From the NCBI GenBank assembly GCA_000708835.1, contig DF237042.1, forward strand, positions 146,771 through 210,770: DNA of 64,000 nucleotides, read 5' to 3'. Positions 1 to 11,600 of this stretch are shown here, in pieces. Within the stretch, counting starts at the first letter, position 1; every line of letters begins with the position of its first letter. Position numbers and translations under genes: made by a program. The stretch comes from Klebsormidium nitens (Eukaryota; Plantae; Klebsormidiophyceae). The notes under the pieces are model-generated. The model made no database searches. It was not told the DNA's origin and saw nothing but the letters and a program-made list of their open reading frames with translations.

Positions 1-403
1 AAGACTTTCTGACCTTGCGTGAAAAGAAGCCTGACCTCGTTCGCTCACGCCCCTGTCCGAAGCAAAAAAAACCTGCTTTAGCACACGTTGATGCATCGGT
101 GGAGATCTTGTCAGAACAGATCTGCGACAAAATGGGTTTATGGCTACTTGATTAGTTTTGAATTTTCCTCAAGACTTCGTGGCATAAGAAGAAAACTGAG
201 GGGTCTGTCTTCAATGGCAGCCGTGGTGCAGCGACGCTGTTCCGCCAGACGTCGTATCCAACTTCGGACGAGGCTGGTCGGAGTCTAGCCGGCCGACAGG
301 TTGGCTTGCGGACCTCACTTGCACCAGTTTCAGGCGGCACCAAAGTCTGGGACGTTTTGAGAACCAACAGTCACTGAGATGTCACGTCGTCCTTTGCGTG
401 CAG

Positions 404-1771
404 CGATGGAGCTGGTTCTTGCCATGTACAAACTCCAGGAACAGAAATTCCGAGACCTGGCGCGGGTAAGTCTCACAACCAACGACTATATTGTGTGGTA
501 TGGACATGGCACAAAGTGAGCTGAAAGCAGTCTTCCTGTGGTCGTATTTGACATCAGAACATTGCCCTTGAAGCTAGGGAGTAAAGGGCTGCAAGGTGCA
601 CAGGTTGCGAGTTGATTCCAGGTACCGGACCGCCCCCGACCTCACCGTTTTCATGTTAGTCCGCGACCTCAGATTTCGGTGCGATATTGGGAAAGAGCTC
701 AGATTTTGGTGCAATATTGGGAAAGAGCTTTGAAAGCTGGTGCAAGGGGGTAATTTATAAACCGTTCTTCAGACACAGCCGAAAATTTGAAGAAGGTCAT
801 CTGGTGTGAATCAGCTTCAATGAGGAGAAGGGTGTTTCGATGTGCAGCTAGCAGACGAGGAAGGGGATCAGGAGTTCTCGGACTTCATCACCGACAGTTT
901 TCTCAGCCACCTGGTACGTTCCACCTCTCCTCACGAATCTCTTTCTCTCCCGTGCAATCTTCGCTTATGCGATTCGAGGACGAGGTTCGAAGTTACTAGT
1001 ATCGTTGCGTGGCTGAGGGCTCTCCGTGAGATCCTTGAGGGCTCCCCTTTTCTGCCTTTGTCTCGTGTGCGGTACACTTCCCCTCCGACTCTGACGATTT
1101 AGGATGTCGAAGTGCTCTCGTAGTCAAAGCCGTGGCAAGTTGTCGATGAGACGAAGCGCTATTCCCTTCTCAGCGTGCGCCACGTGTCGATGTGCAGACC
1201 GTCCTCGTGAAGAAGACCGCCGGCTACGTGGCGCAGCTGCGCCGCGTCGGCAAGGGGCACGGGTAAGAGCGTTACTAAAAACCCGCTCATGGAGTCTCGT
1301 AGGCTTTGACTGGAACGCGGCCTCGCTCCTAGCTGCGCAGTAACATTACTTGAACCGAGAAGCCACGACATAGGTCATTGCGGATGCTCTCTTTTTAAGA
1401 GATGGATGGCCTTTTCAATGGGCCTTCCCCACCTCTACTTTCTGGCTCCGCCAAGTTGACCATAAGGCCCTTGAAGACCAGGGCTTCTGGTAAGAGGTCG
1501 AAGATTAGGAGAAATTAGCCTTTGTCGTGAACCTTATTCCGTCCTTGTTCGTGGCCGACGTAGAGGCCGCAAGAAAAGGAAGCGGGGATGCCCCCCCGCT
1601 CAAGAACAGAACAGGGCGGTTACGTCTACCAGGCAGTGACCGGGCTAACTAACGCACCCCGCTTGCCGCAGCACGTGGCACTTCGACCACTACCTGCACA
1701 AGAAGCTGGAAGGGGACCACGTGGGGGACGAGTTACGTACCGGGCTGCACGAACTTGAAGGGACGAAGTAG
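404..1771 (+). CDS. FER: Ferritin (plant-type), 3' part only: exons 404-465, 848-913, 1198-1262, 1672-1771; 5' exons not found in window
   Basis: Spliced translation AMELVLAMYKLQEQKFRDLAR|LADEEGDQEFSDFITDSFLSHL|TVLVKKTAGYVAQLRRVGKGHG|TWHFDHYL...GTK*. YVAQLRRVGKGHGxWHFD is the plant ferritin helix D/E signature. All introns are GT-AG, and the 62- and 66-nt exons match plant ferritin exon structure as recalled. Confidence 0.93.
668..729. repeat. 30-bp tandem duplication in ferritin intron
   Basis: ctcagatttcggtgcgatattgggaaagag followed by ctcagattttggtgcaatattgggaaagag. Confidence 0.9.
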
Positions 1772-2160
1772 AGGGAGTAACACATTGACGCTACGTCAAG
1801 CTGGATATGGCACGAGTGGTTCAAACATAGACCCGCAAGGTTCAATAAGTATGGACCATCATGCTAGCGTGTGGCCTGGACAAGCTATACCTCAAAAAGT
1901 TTTAGGAAACAAATGGTGTGTCTTCAAGGTGCCACGATTAAGCTTGCTAATCCAAAGGAGGGTAAATTTTGGGATCCTATATTGACCATGGACAGGCGCA
2001 CCTCCAGGCCCGAAGGTCGAACTCTATGCTCTAGGCTACCGAATTTTAGCGGGGTACAAGCATATAGATACTCCGGTAGGCCAGGATATAGGAGCCCAGT
2101 GCAGGCAAAGCTGAGTACATACCTCTTGATGTGCATCGCCGATGACGGAACGTATGCATT

Positions 2161-2880
2161 AGGCGATCTGTCATTTTGATTGTTGCGGCGCGATCAGATG
2201 CCTAGGTTTTACAATCACGTACACAGATCAGGTCTTGCCAGGTGCCCTGCATGGCATCCTAGCTCATGCATGGTGTTCCAATCATTCAGTCTTCCCTGGT
2301 GCAATGAAAGCCCACAATTTTAAAGCCCTGGTCAATGCAAGAACGATCCGATTCAAAGGGGCGGGCACGTTATTACATACATATTTACCGTCCATTTGTG
2401 GTCTGTATCGAGTCGATCAATCCTGCATCACACTAACTTAATTCCGGAAAGCCGATCGCTGATTCGGCGGCGCAGCCATGATGGCATATGACCTGCATGT
2501 AGTGTCCGAATGCTGAAAGGTGTATATACAGCATCCGGCCAGTCCGGTGCGCATGCACAAGCACATGCAGGTCGCACCGAGCTAGAAGTCGGATCAACAT
2601 GGCGCCGCCAAGGAGGGAAACACCAGTCCATATGATAACATACATGTGATACACTTGCTGAGCCCGTAATCTCAAGGCGCGGCCGAACTGGCGCGTGACC
2701 AAATATGCCTGCATGATCGAAGCAGCGCGGTGACGGCGGGTTGTCGGAAACCTGCAACTTGCACATCGCAGTCGCATGTTTGATCGAAATCATTGCGTCA
2801 AGTCCGTGCACCACAGCGAACCTTATCTGTAGGGGAGCCAGTTGCGCGACCTGGGACGCATTTAGTTTGTGATCGATCAA
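2161..2880. other. CATG/GATC-dense intergenic island between convergent ferritin and RPP40 3' ends
   Basis: Hand count about 11 CATG and 11 GATC in 720 bp, versus about 3 each expected at uniform composition. Confidence 0.6.
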
Positions 2881-3525
2881 TTTTGGCGGAACGTCGTCAA
2901 AGTCCTGATATTCGTTCTCGAGCTCTGCCTAGCGACCACAATCTTAACTTCAGGCACAGTCAGTTACTGCTCTGGTTTCTGCCTCAGCCCCCTTCGTGTT
3001 GTCGCACATCGCAGGGTTTGCCTTCCGCCGACTAGCCGAGCTTCATCGCATCATGGCCGCACGCGGCACTGCACAGAACCGAAAAGAACGTGGCATCTAT
3101 CAGACCATTACGAAGGTCTTTACTGCGAAACTGGTGCATGGACTGTGTGTTGTCATTTGGGGGACTGGTTCATCACTCATCATAACATTCAACGACTTGT
3201 TACCGAGTCGAGCACACCGCTTGTCCCCAGTACTAGCAGCTCATGAGTCCAGCAGACTCAAGATCGTGGATTTAACCTATGGAAGAATTGAGAGGCAGAG
3301 GCACAAATCGTTGACACAACGCAGCGCCCGCTTCGAGTCCTCCGTTAGTGCACCGAGTAGATGGCCGTCGCTTATTACCTGGAGCTCACATTCATACGCG
3401 CTTCAGATTTGCACCTCAGTTCTCTTGTCAACCTGCAAGATATAGACGATGCCTTTTGAAGCATCTTCGTCTTCATGTTTACCCTCTCAAAAGTTGAGTT
3501 TGACGAAATAAGAACGCTGCATCAC

Positions 3526-6500
3526 CTGTAGAGGAGGTACCGCCCGTCTTCCAGCATCACCAGCGAGTAGTCATTCTCGCCGCTGTGTGCGTAGCCGTGC
3601 TCCGCTCCATACCAAGACACCTGCGACAGCACGCAATCCACAGCTTCAAGAAAAAGCAAAGAGCGAAAGACACAACACGGAGAATAAGAGGACAGAGCAA
3701 CTAGCTCAAGGTTGAGAAGATCGACGCATGCGACTCTGTGTTGGAAAGACGCCGACTCATTACCGCGTCTCTTTTCGGTATCTGCTGTCGTTGCCCTTGA
3801 CCTCAGTGCTCGATGCGCAAAATGAGCCCTCTCACGTGCCACTTTTCCTCAGACGCCCTAGCGAAGGCGTACGGTTGAAGAAACGGAAGGTGCCGAAGGT
3901 AGTGGTTGTCTGCAGTAGCTGAAAACGCTGCCTAATTTCGTTCCCGATGCTCCCAAAGAAGCAGTCAGGAAGAAGCTTCTCACTCCTCCAAGTCGCGCTC
4001 ACTCCAAAAGCAAGCTGTTAAGATGAGCTTAGCGCCAGCTTCTTACCGGCGCATCCGCAAATCCCCAGACCGTGAGCGCGGCCCACGGAACCCGCTTCTC
4101 CGCAATCAGCCGTCTGCAGGAGGAAGCAAGCCACGTCAGCAGGTTCCCGAAGACGTCAGCACGAAACGTCTCAAGAACTCCATGATGTCAACGACGGGAG
4201 GCCCTCCGGTTGAGAACCCAGTCGGACAACGTCAATCTTATTCGGGCTAAAGAAACGGTTTGGGTATTTTGGGGGCAGGCAGTTAATACGTCCGTGCGGT
4301 CATCTGCAGATAGCAGACCCGTGAAGATATATGCAGGTTTAGGGTCATGAAGAGTGGGATAAGGGACGCAATCTGACTCCAAAACTCCGGGTTCGGCAAT
4401 TTGATGGCGACAGCTTCACCTCCAGATCACAATTTTCAAGGAATTTTTGAAAGATAGCCCCAGCATACATGTCAAAGCTGCTCGAAAACGGGCTCAAGAG
4501 ACGCCTCAAAGAGACCCGCACGTTGTTAGGACGAGCCAGATAGCAGTCAGTCAGGCAAACACCAGCTTTTCAGGCGCGTTGACCACTTTCAACGACTTTG
4601 AAAGACTCCGCACTACCAGAGGAACAGCGAAGCCTCAATGTCAGAAAGGTATCCTTAAAATTCTTCTCAGTGTTTTCAAATAGACTCAAATTCACCTTGC
4701 GAGTCCAATGCAGCAGAGGACCTGCGAGGGGGCTATAAGCCCAGTCCACCGTACGGCGCGAGCGGCCCCGTCCTGATTGGCCACGTGGCAGTCCGCAAAC
4801 CAGTCGTGGTTGGAAGCAGGCTGTCCGGAGTCGACACGTGTCCCTGCCAGATCGGTCCGCACCTCTGCTCTGCAGAAGGAGGACTACGTATGAATAAACC
4901 CGGCTTTGAAGACCCTCAGGCAAGGACTGTCTAAGGACACACGAAGACCAGGAAGAGGAACTGAAACGGTGACTTTCGTAAAGGGCTTATTGCACTTCCA
5001 AAGACCGAGAAAGGGCTGTTGATTAGCTCAGTATTTGCTCCTGCAGGTAGAAATGAAGTGCAAAAGTAAGAACTTCAGAACTTGTTCCACACGACGCTGT
5101 CTGTACCTTCAAGAAGAGGCCATGGTACGAGCCCAAGCATAACTCATCCGAGAGCCCGTTCAGGTAACAACCATGATGTACAAGGCATCTGCTTGTCTTG
5201 GTACCAGCTTAACAAGGACATACGCGGGAAAGCTAGATACCGAATCAGCCTCGTAACGAGACGGCCTGCTGTAGTGCCTCTCTAAGCGTTCAGCCTCGAA
5301 CCTAGTCACCTGACGGCAAACTGTTCCGGTTGTCCTAAGCTACCCTCCTTTCAAAATGCCGAAGATGATTGCATCCCTACCCTGCTGCTCCGCAAGCCAC
5401 CGCCCCCAGCCACTCATGCAGCGCGAGGAGAAAGCGGTCGTCCGTTAGGAGATCCCCCTGCTTCGCCTCCGTCGGGGGACCCCCTGCACCCGCAGCCGAG
5501 TGTTGTCTGTCGTGCCGCTGCCCCTCTCCGCTCTCTTCCACGTCTCGTTGTTGCCCCGGTTGGAAGGCTTCCGGGAGCGTTTCACTTGCTGGAGGGCCGA
5601 ACTGCGTGACCGGGGGTGTATCCCAGGAACTTGCATCGGGAGTCCCCCAGTCAAACTCCATGGGCTGGGCCTGGGGAGGAGGGCCACGCTGATGTCAGGC
5701 TGACTGATCGTGACTGTTCACGTGGGCTTAATCAGGCGGAAGAATTCTGTTCAAAAAAGAAAGATGGGAAAGTGAAGAGCTTACATGTGATTGATCAGCT
5801 GTGAAGTTGAATGTGTTTTGATGTGGAGGCGTGCCAACTTTAGTAGGCGTGTGAACCACCCAAGGAAAGATCAACCAGAATTCTAACTCATGGGACGTCG
5901 AGAAGGAGAAAGAGCAGAAAGCGCAGCTTTCCAAAGAGGTTACAGTCCAAGAGCATACCGTACGAGACAACTTTGACTTACTAGAAGTACAGACTCTCGA
6001 TACGTCACACTATCGCGCTCGTGGACTGCAAGCTACCAGGCAAACTAGTAACCTGATCAAATTCGTGAGATTCTGATAGAAGTGCAGCACCTCGGCCGTT
6101 CAGTACATTCGGCAACTCGTAGCTTGTGGATCCTGACAAGAGCACAGATGATCCGTTTTTCTAGCCCGTCAACGAACGCAGAGCTTGTCGAGATTGCCGA
6201 CTAAACCTACCGACCAAAGCCGAATCAGTGCCATACTCACCGCATCCATGGCCTCTCCACGCACCGCCTCTCCTTGCGGTTGGTTCAGCATTGGCAGCCG
6301 CAGTTTCTCCACCGTTCGATCATCTCTTTCTACGCGGTGCTTGACTCCGGCCACTTCGAAAACCTCTAGAGGTTTGCCGTCCTTGATGCAGAGGGCGAGG
6401 AATTCTAGAGATCCTGCCCGCTTCGTCAAGCACTCCTGCACCCGGTCGTGCAGCTTCCGGCCGGGGACAAAGGACTTGGCGCGGAGGTCGATGGTGACGT

Positions 6501-8189
6501 CTGCCTGATGTCATCAAGGAATGACTGAAACAACAAGGCATGTAAAGTGAAAGAACAAATATCGGACAGAGGCTCCGATTGTAGCATGCGGCGTTTAAAT
6601 CTTTTCAGGACTTTAACCATGGGAAGCTTTATCCAAGAATCTCCTGATTCTGATGACTTTCAGCTGTGCAGTGCTTCTTTACTGAAGGGCCAGGATCCCG
6701 CTGGAAGCACAGTCATCCAACCATTGCTTCATTGTCAGATGGCCGATCTTTAATTAGTCCCAAAGACGAGCGCTGAGCCTAATGGGAGAGTCATGTACAC
6801 AGGCTGACTGCCGAAAGGCCTTGGTGTGACGAACTCTTCCAGAGGATACTGTGCCGATTGTGGGGCTGAAAGGCGGAGGTTGTTCCAACAAGGCCCAGCG
6901 TTTCGTAGCTCTGCTTCGTCAGAGCCAGGTGGAGCTTGCCTGAAAGGGGATGCAAATGAAGGAACGGGGTCAGATCCGGGATCAAACTTCCCAGTTGACG
7001 CGACGACTGAAAGGGAAGGACTTGGATCGTGGTTGCCTAAATTACCTGTTTTGGGAAGTAGGACGGAAAATGTCTACTCTCGAAAGATGAAGAGAGGCAT
7101 TTCTGATTGGCAAAGCTTCTTGACTTTTGAAAAGACGATGATTAACAAGTGACATTCATTTCCCCACAGAAGATCTAAGTTGGCCAAACCTTTACAGCAG
7201 GCCTAGAAGAAGCCATTGAGTCGGCTTTTTGTAGGACAGGTAAGTGCTTAGACATCTTCTTATGGTGCTTCCTTGTCGTGGCATGCCGGTGATTTCAGCA
7301 GAAACAAAGCTGGTAGAAACACTCACCGTCAGGGGAGACAGTGGCAGCATCTGTGCGGTCGATCGGGGTAGCATTTGAGATGGCCACAAACTCGGCCGCA
7401 CTCTTGACATAGGTTGATACAAAGTGGGGGCTCACAAAGGTGCTGAGAGGGGCTCGGAAGCCCTGGAAGAAAGGCTGGGGGGTTCCGAGGGCGTCGGTGT
7501 TTGTAATGACGAGCTGTGATAGGGGCAAGAAAACAGAGGGCTTGAATTGGAATTGCGTGAGCTGTGTCTGATCAGATGTATGTATGGATGCGAGAATGTG
7601 GCGCCTGACTGATGAATGCTGGCGACAGAAACTTCACGTCCTAGGAGAAGTATAATTTGTGCGATCGATAGAAGCAAAGGAGAGATCACAAAAGGCTGGA
7701 GACATTGCACCGTGATTTGAATTGGCCATCACAAGCCTGGCTGGTGGTAGAGCTCAGACGTCTCTAGACAGCCACAAGCTGGCAAGGGAGTCTGTGCTCC
7801 AAACGGAATGGCAGGTCACACGTTTCAGACTGGTGCGTTCCGAGGCACAACTAGCGCCAGCTTGCCGCGATGAAGACAATCAGGTATTATCAAGTAGCAT
7901 TCTGATTGACTGCTCTTTCAAACCACCAGCAGCAAGCATATGAACTGGGAAGAGCAGCATTTCAGGTCACATTCAAGCTGAGGCCAAGGTGGAGAAAGGC
8001 AGACATATGTACCTGCTTGGAGTCGCTGCCTGGCAGAACTGGCAGCAGAAGCTCCATGGCATTGTTGAAGGGGTGGTTGTGTACGTAGTTGTCAATGTCA
8101 GACTTGGGATGGTCAAAGCAAGATGACCTCACAACTAGCCTTGGAGCTGGCGGGGCACCTTTGCTCCCCGTTCCGTCATGACGGGGCAT
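3526..8189 (-). CDS. RPP40: RNase P/MRP protein subunit p40, multi-exon; last exon below 3526 not resolved
   Basis: Exon 8013-8189: MPRHDG...RLVVRSSCFDHPKSDIDNYVHNHPFNNAMELLLP. Exon 7327-7513: FVSTYVKS...TPIDRTDAATVSPDG. Near 6939: KLHLALTKQSYETLGLVG. Near 5400: LHEWLGAVACG. Exon 4696-4869: WTGLIAPSQV. Exon 4047-4113: VPWAALTVWGFADAP. Exon 3526-3620: VSWYGAEHGYAHSGENDYSLV. Order and motifs match RPP40; the junction phases checked were consistent. Confidence 0.88.
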
Positions 8190-8620
8190 GGTGCTGCAAC
8201 TTACTGCCACCACAGTACAATCGAAGTTTGATAGAGTCAACAACGCCCTCTGTTGTTCCACCAAAAGGAGTTCACCATTGGCGATGCTACTCGGGCACCT
8301 TTTCTTGACAACTCTCAAACCTCTCCAACACGCCCTTCTGTCGCCATGGCTTGTGCACTTGGAAAAATGTGCTGATCAGTACGGTATGATACCATGAATC
8401 AAATTCAAAGCCTTTTCAAGTGAAGAGCGCCTGCCTGTCGTTGTTCCGCCCTTCCATGCGCCAGAGCCGTTCCGCCGGACTCAAACGGGGTATCCTAACC
8501 GTCCGATGATATAGTAGTGGAAATCAACGGTGCCGATGCGACGATAGTCGTTACTGCACAGGTAAACTTTCTGTGCAGCCTTTCAGGTCAGCTTCGCAGT
8601 CTGTGCAGTCACACGAGACG
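8190..8620. promoter_or_regulatory. Putative bidirectional promoter between RPP40 and XRCC1
   Basis: Start codons 431 bp apart in head-to-head orientation; no specific motif demonstrated. Confidence 0.5.
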
Positions 8621-11600
8621 ATGGCAGACAGGAGGCGGTCATCGGCTCTTCCAGAGAAGGCTGCGTTGTCCGTGCATGCTTTTTCCTCGGAGAATGGGGT
8701 CCACAAGGCCAGCAATGTGGTGCTTGACGTCCTCTACAGGTGAGTTTCCTTGCAAAAGTTGCTCGCTCTTTGGTAGTGTGATCCCAAATTACATTACATC
8801 TCTGTTCAGCAGGTTTCTGGCATTCATGATGGTGGTGGAATTAGGCACATGCACTTGGAATAGACGTGATTTTAAACTCAAAAAAGCCCAGTAGGTCTCT
8901 GTGTCCATAGGCTTATCCCTCAGCACTAAAACTTGTCGTGCCTTCCATGAATTGACCATGATATGGCACTGGACTCAATCAGATCAAGCCAGGCTTGACA
9001 TGTCGTAGTCCCCTCCTGCTTACGTACCTAGTATTTACTGGAACACAACGTTCCACTGTCAACTGTACTTAGCCACGTTCTGCCACATACCAACTTTACT
9101 TAGCCGCGTACTGCCACATTATCTTCTTAGAAAATGAGACGAAATTACCACCTGGCCCAGCCGCCCCAGAATGTACACAATCCACCTTCTGGTTTCACGT
9201 GTCAAAGTGTGGGTGAGTTGGTCAATGAATGGTGGTGCTTCTGTGACACAAGCCCCCCAACCTCAACACAGTAATTTGTATAGTGCGCCTGGTGAATTGA
9301 GCTTGAGCTCAGGCCCCAATTCAACGTGCTTGAGATGTACTTCTGTTAGTTTGTTACCTGCCGACGTAACTCTTGCTCTTACTCATATTCTGTATGCTCC
9401 CTTATTACAGGCAGTGGCAAACAAACGGTCCTACAGACTCTGCCTGGATCTCAATCGATCTGGACCCTCCGTCCGGCATCCAACGGCTGGCACTCAACAA
9501 TTCTGGGAGTGCGCTTGTTGAGGCATATGGGTTGCAGGAGGGGGCTTCGGAAGAAGATGATGGCATCAGCGGTGACGTCAGCGGTTTTGAGATGCTGTTG
9601 CCAGCTCAGCAGTTCATGTCCGCTGCAGACGTGCGCGAGAAGAAGAACACCAACAGGGAGTTTGTGTACGAAGCGGGAACCAAGTTGCTGAAGTGAGCTG
9701 GTGTGACTGGCCTGAAATAGCTGACATCTCAAACTTTGCCCACCATGCTGAATAGTTGCGGTAATCAAGCGAACGGCCTTCAGATGTGCACTACTACTTT
9801 TCTTGTGACAATTTCGCTTTTTGCGGCGGATTGTTTTTGATCAACAGACTTGATGTCCTTAGGCCCACTTGAAAGCGATCCATTCTGGCTGAGCCCAGGA
9901 AGGTCCATCTACTTCAGCCCCCCAATTTGAGAACGCAATCGATCTGATCCGTCTTGTGCTTGAAAGCGACCGTTTCTCCTCCCTCTCTTTCTCATCAGTA
10001 ATATTGCCCAGAGATTCTGTGATGTTGAGCCAAAATGTCTCCACCGTCACAAGTTTCCCAGCCGTTCTTAGATACAACCCGCAGCTTGATGATCCTTTCA
10101 TGCTGCTCTGCCCTATCGTCGCTTGTACGCAGGGACGTGTTCAACTACAACTGTCTGAACAAATTTTGAATCAAGAAATTCATTCAGGCCCCAGCTGCCT
10201 GTCCTTGACCGTTGCTTCTCCATTCTTTGCAGGGCCGCAGCCGAACACAAGTGGCAGCGGCTGAAGCTCGTCTGTAAACAGCCCTTTGGAGCGCCGGAGG
10301 AGCCTATTGGGCTCGCACGAGTCAGAGTAAGCGCTCCACTCCTCGAAAGTCAATTGGCGGCTTTGTACCCGCTGATTCGAAGTGTTGGTCAGAACAGACC
10401 GTCACACAAAATGTTAGACCACAAACGCTTCGCTAGTTCCTCATATCAAACAGGACCACAATGTTCACAAAGGGCAAAGCACCAGACCGTTTAAGAAGGG
10501 CAAAGTTCGTAAAAGATTCTCCTAGAGGGTACGGAGGGCCTAAAAGCGGACTCGAGATTGGCCTTGACCGGCCGAAGCATGCCCCTAATGCTATAGAGCC
10601 GTTTGGGGTTGCAGGTGTTCCCGTGCAAGACCCCTGCCGAAGAAGCCGCAACAAACCGGCACGCTGCTCGGGAAGCCAAGATCCAAGCGGTAAGGGTTCT
10701 TTGCATTGCGGCATACGTAATCGCCGTTAAACTAAGGAGGGGTGAGTGCTTGAAGGGGATTGCCGTTATTAGAATTGAACATTGTTAAAGCCTACTTTTC
10801 AGGTTCTTGAGGAGGCGATTCCGCTGTTTCATCGTGGACGATCAGGGAGTCTCAGACATAAGATCCGTAAACAGACGTGACAATTCTGTGGCTCGTCTAG
10901 ATTCTACAAATACGCTTTCCCACAGTCATTAGCTTCAGCTGATTGAGACACCGCCGCTGTGCTTTTTGCACATGATCAGCCGATTCCTGTTTGGTTCTCT
11001 CATCCGGAACGGGAAGGGTTCGAGACCTCGACTTGAGCTCAATTTTCGAATCGCCAAGCGCCTCACTTTGCGCAAGACGGACTCCAGCTGATCGAGCTCA
11101 AACCCTGATGACGGTGCACACAAATCTACTGACGTGTTTGGAATAGAGAAAGAAAATATATCTTTCTTTCAGCAGGCGGTCGCTGATTCCGACAATCACC
11201 AGAAAAAGCCGCCCCCACCGTCGTTTCAAATGCCCCTCGCCAAGCTGTCAGACGAGCCCGCTGACCTGGCGGACCCGCCGCCGAGGGATCCCCCAAAGCC
11301 GAGGGATCCCCCGAAGCCCACCGGTAAACGCGTCCTCCCGAGCTGGCTCTCTGGCTCGCCCTCAAAGCTCGCTAGCGGTTCCAGAGGTGGGGAGAGAGGG
11401 ACGAAACGGGGCGCGGATGAGGGCCAGGAGAGAGATGCAAACAAGGCAAAGAGGGGGCAAGATGGCCGTGAAAGGGAGGGGGAGAAAAAGGAGCGGAAAG
11501 AGGTGGAAAGCAAAGAGCGCGGAAAAGGGGGCAAAAGCAGAGGCGGGAGGCATTCTTTTGCGAAGGAAAGCGACGATGAGGAGGAATGGGAGGAACCGAG

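Noticed and set aside
220-250. Very old duplicate of the ferritin acceptor (gtgcagcga...ctgttcc)
   Set aside because: Similarity to the 396-425 junction is too short to distinguish from chance.
2869-3445. Overlapping plus-strand ORFs of 125 and 149 aa
   Set aside because: No motif or consistent splice chain; overlaps the probable RPP40 3' region.
8813-8894. Possible poison exon in XRCC1 intron 1 (FLAFMMVVELG...AQ*)
   Set aside because: A plausible AG exists, but homology clearly supports 8739->9411 and there is no transcript evidence.
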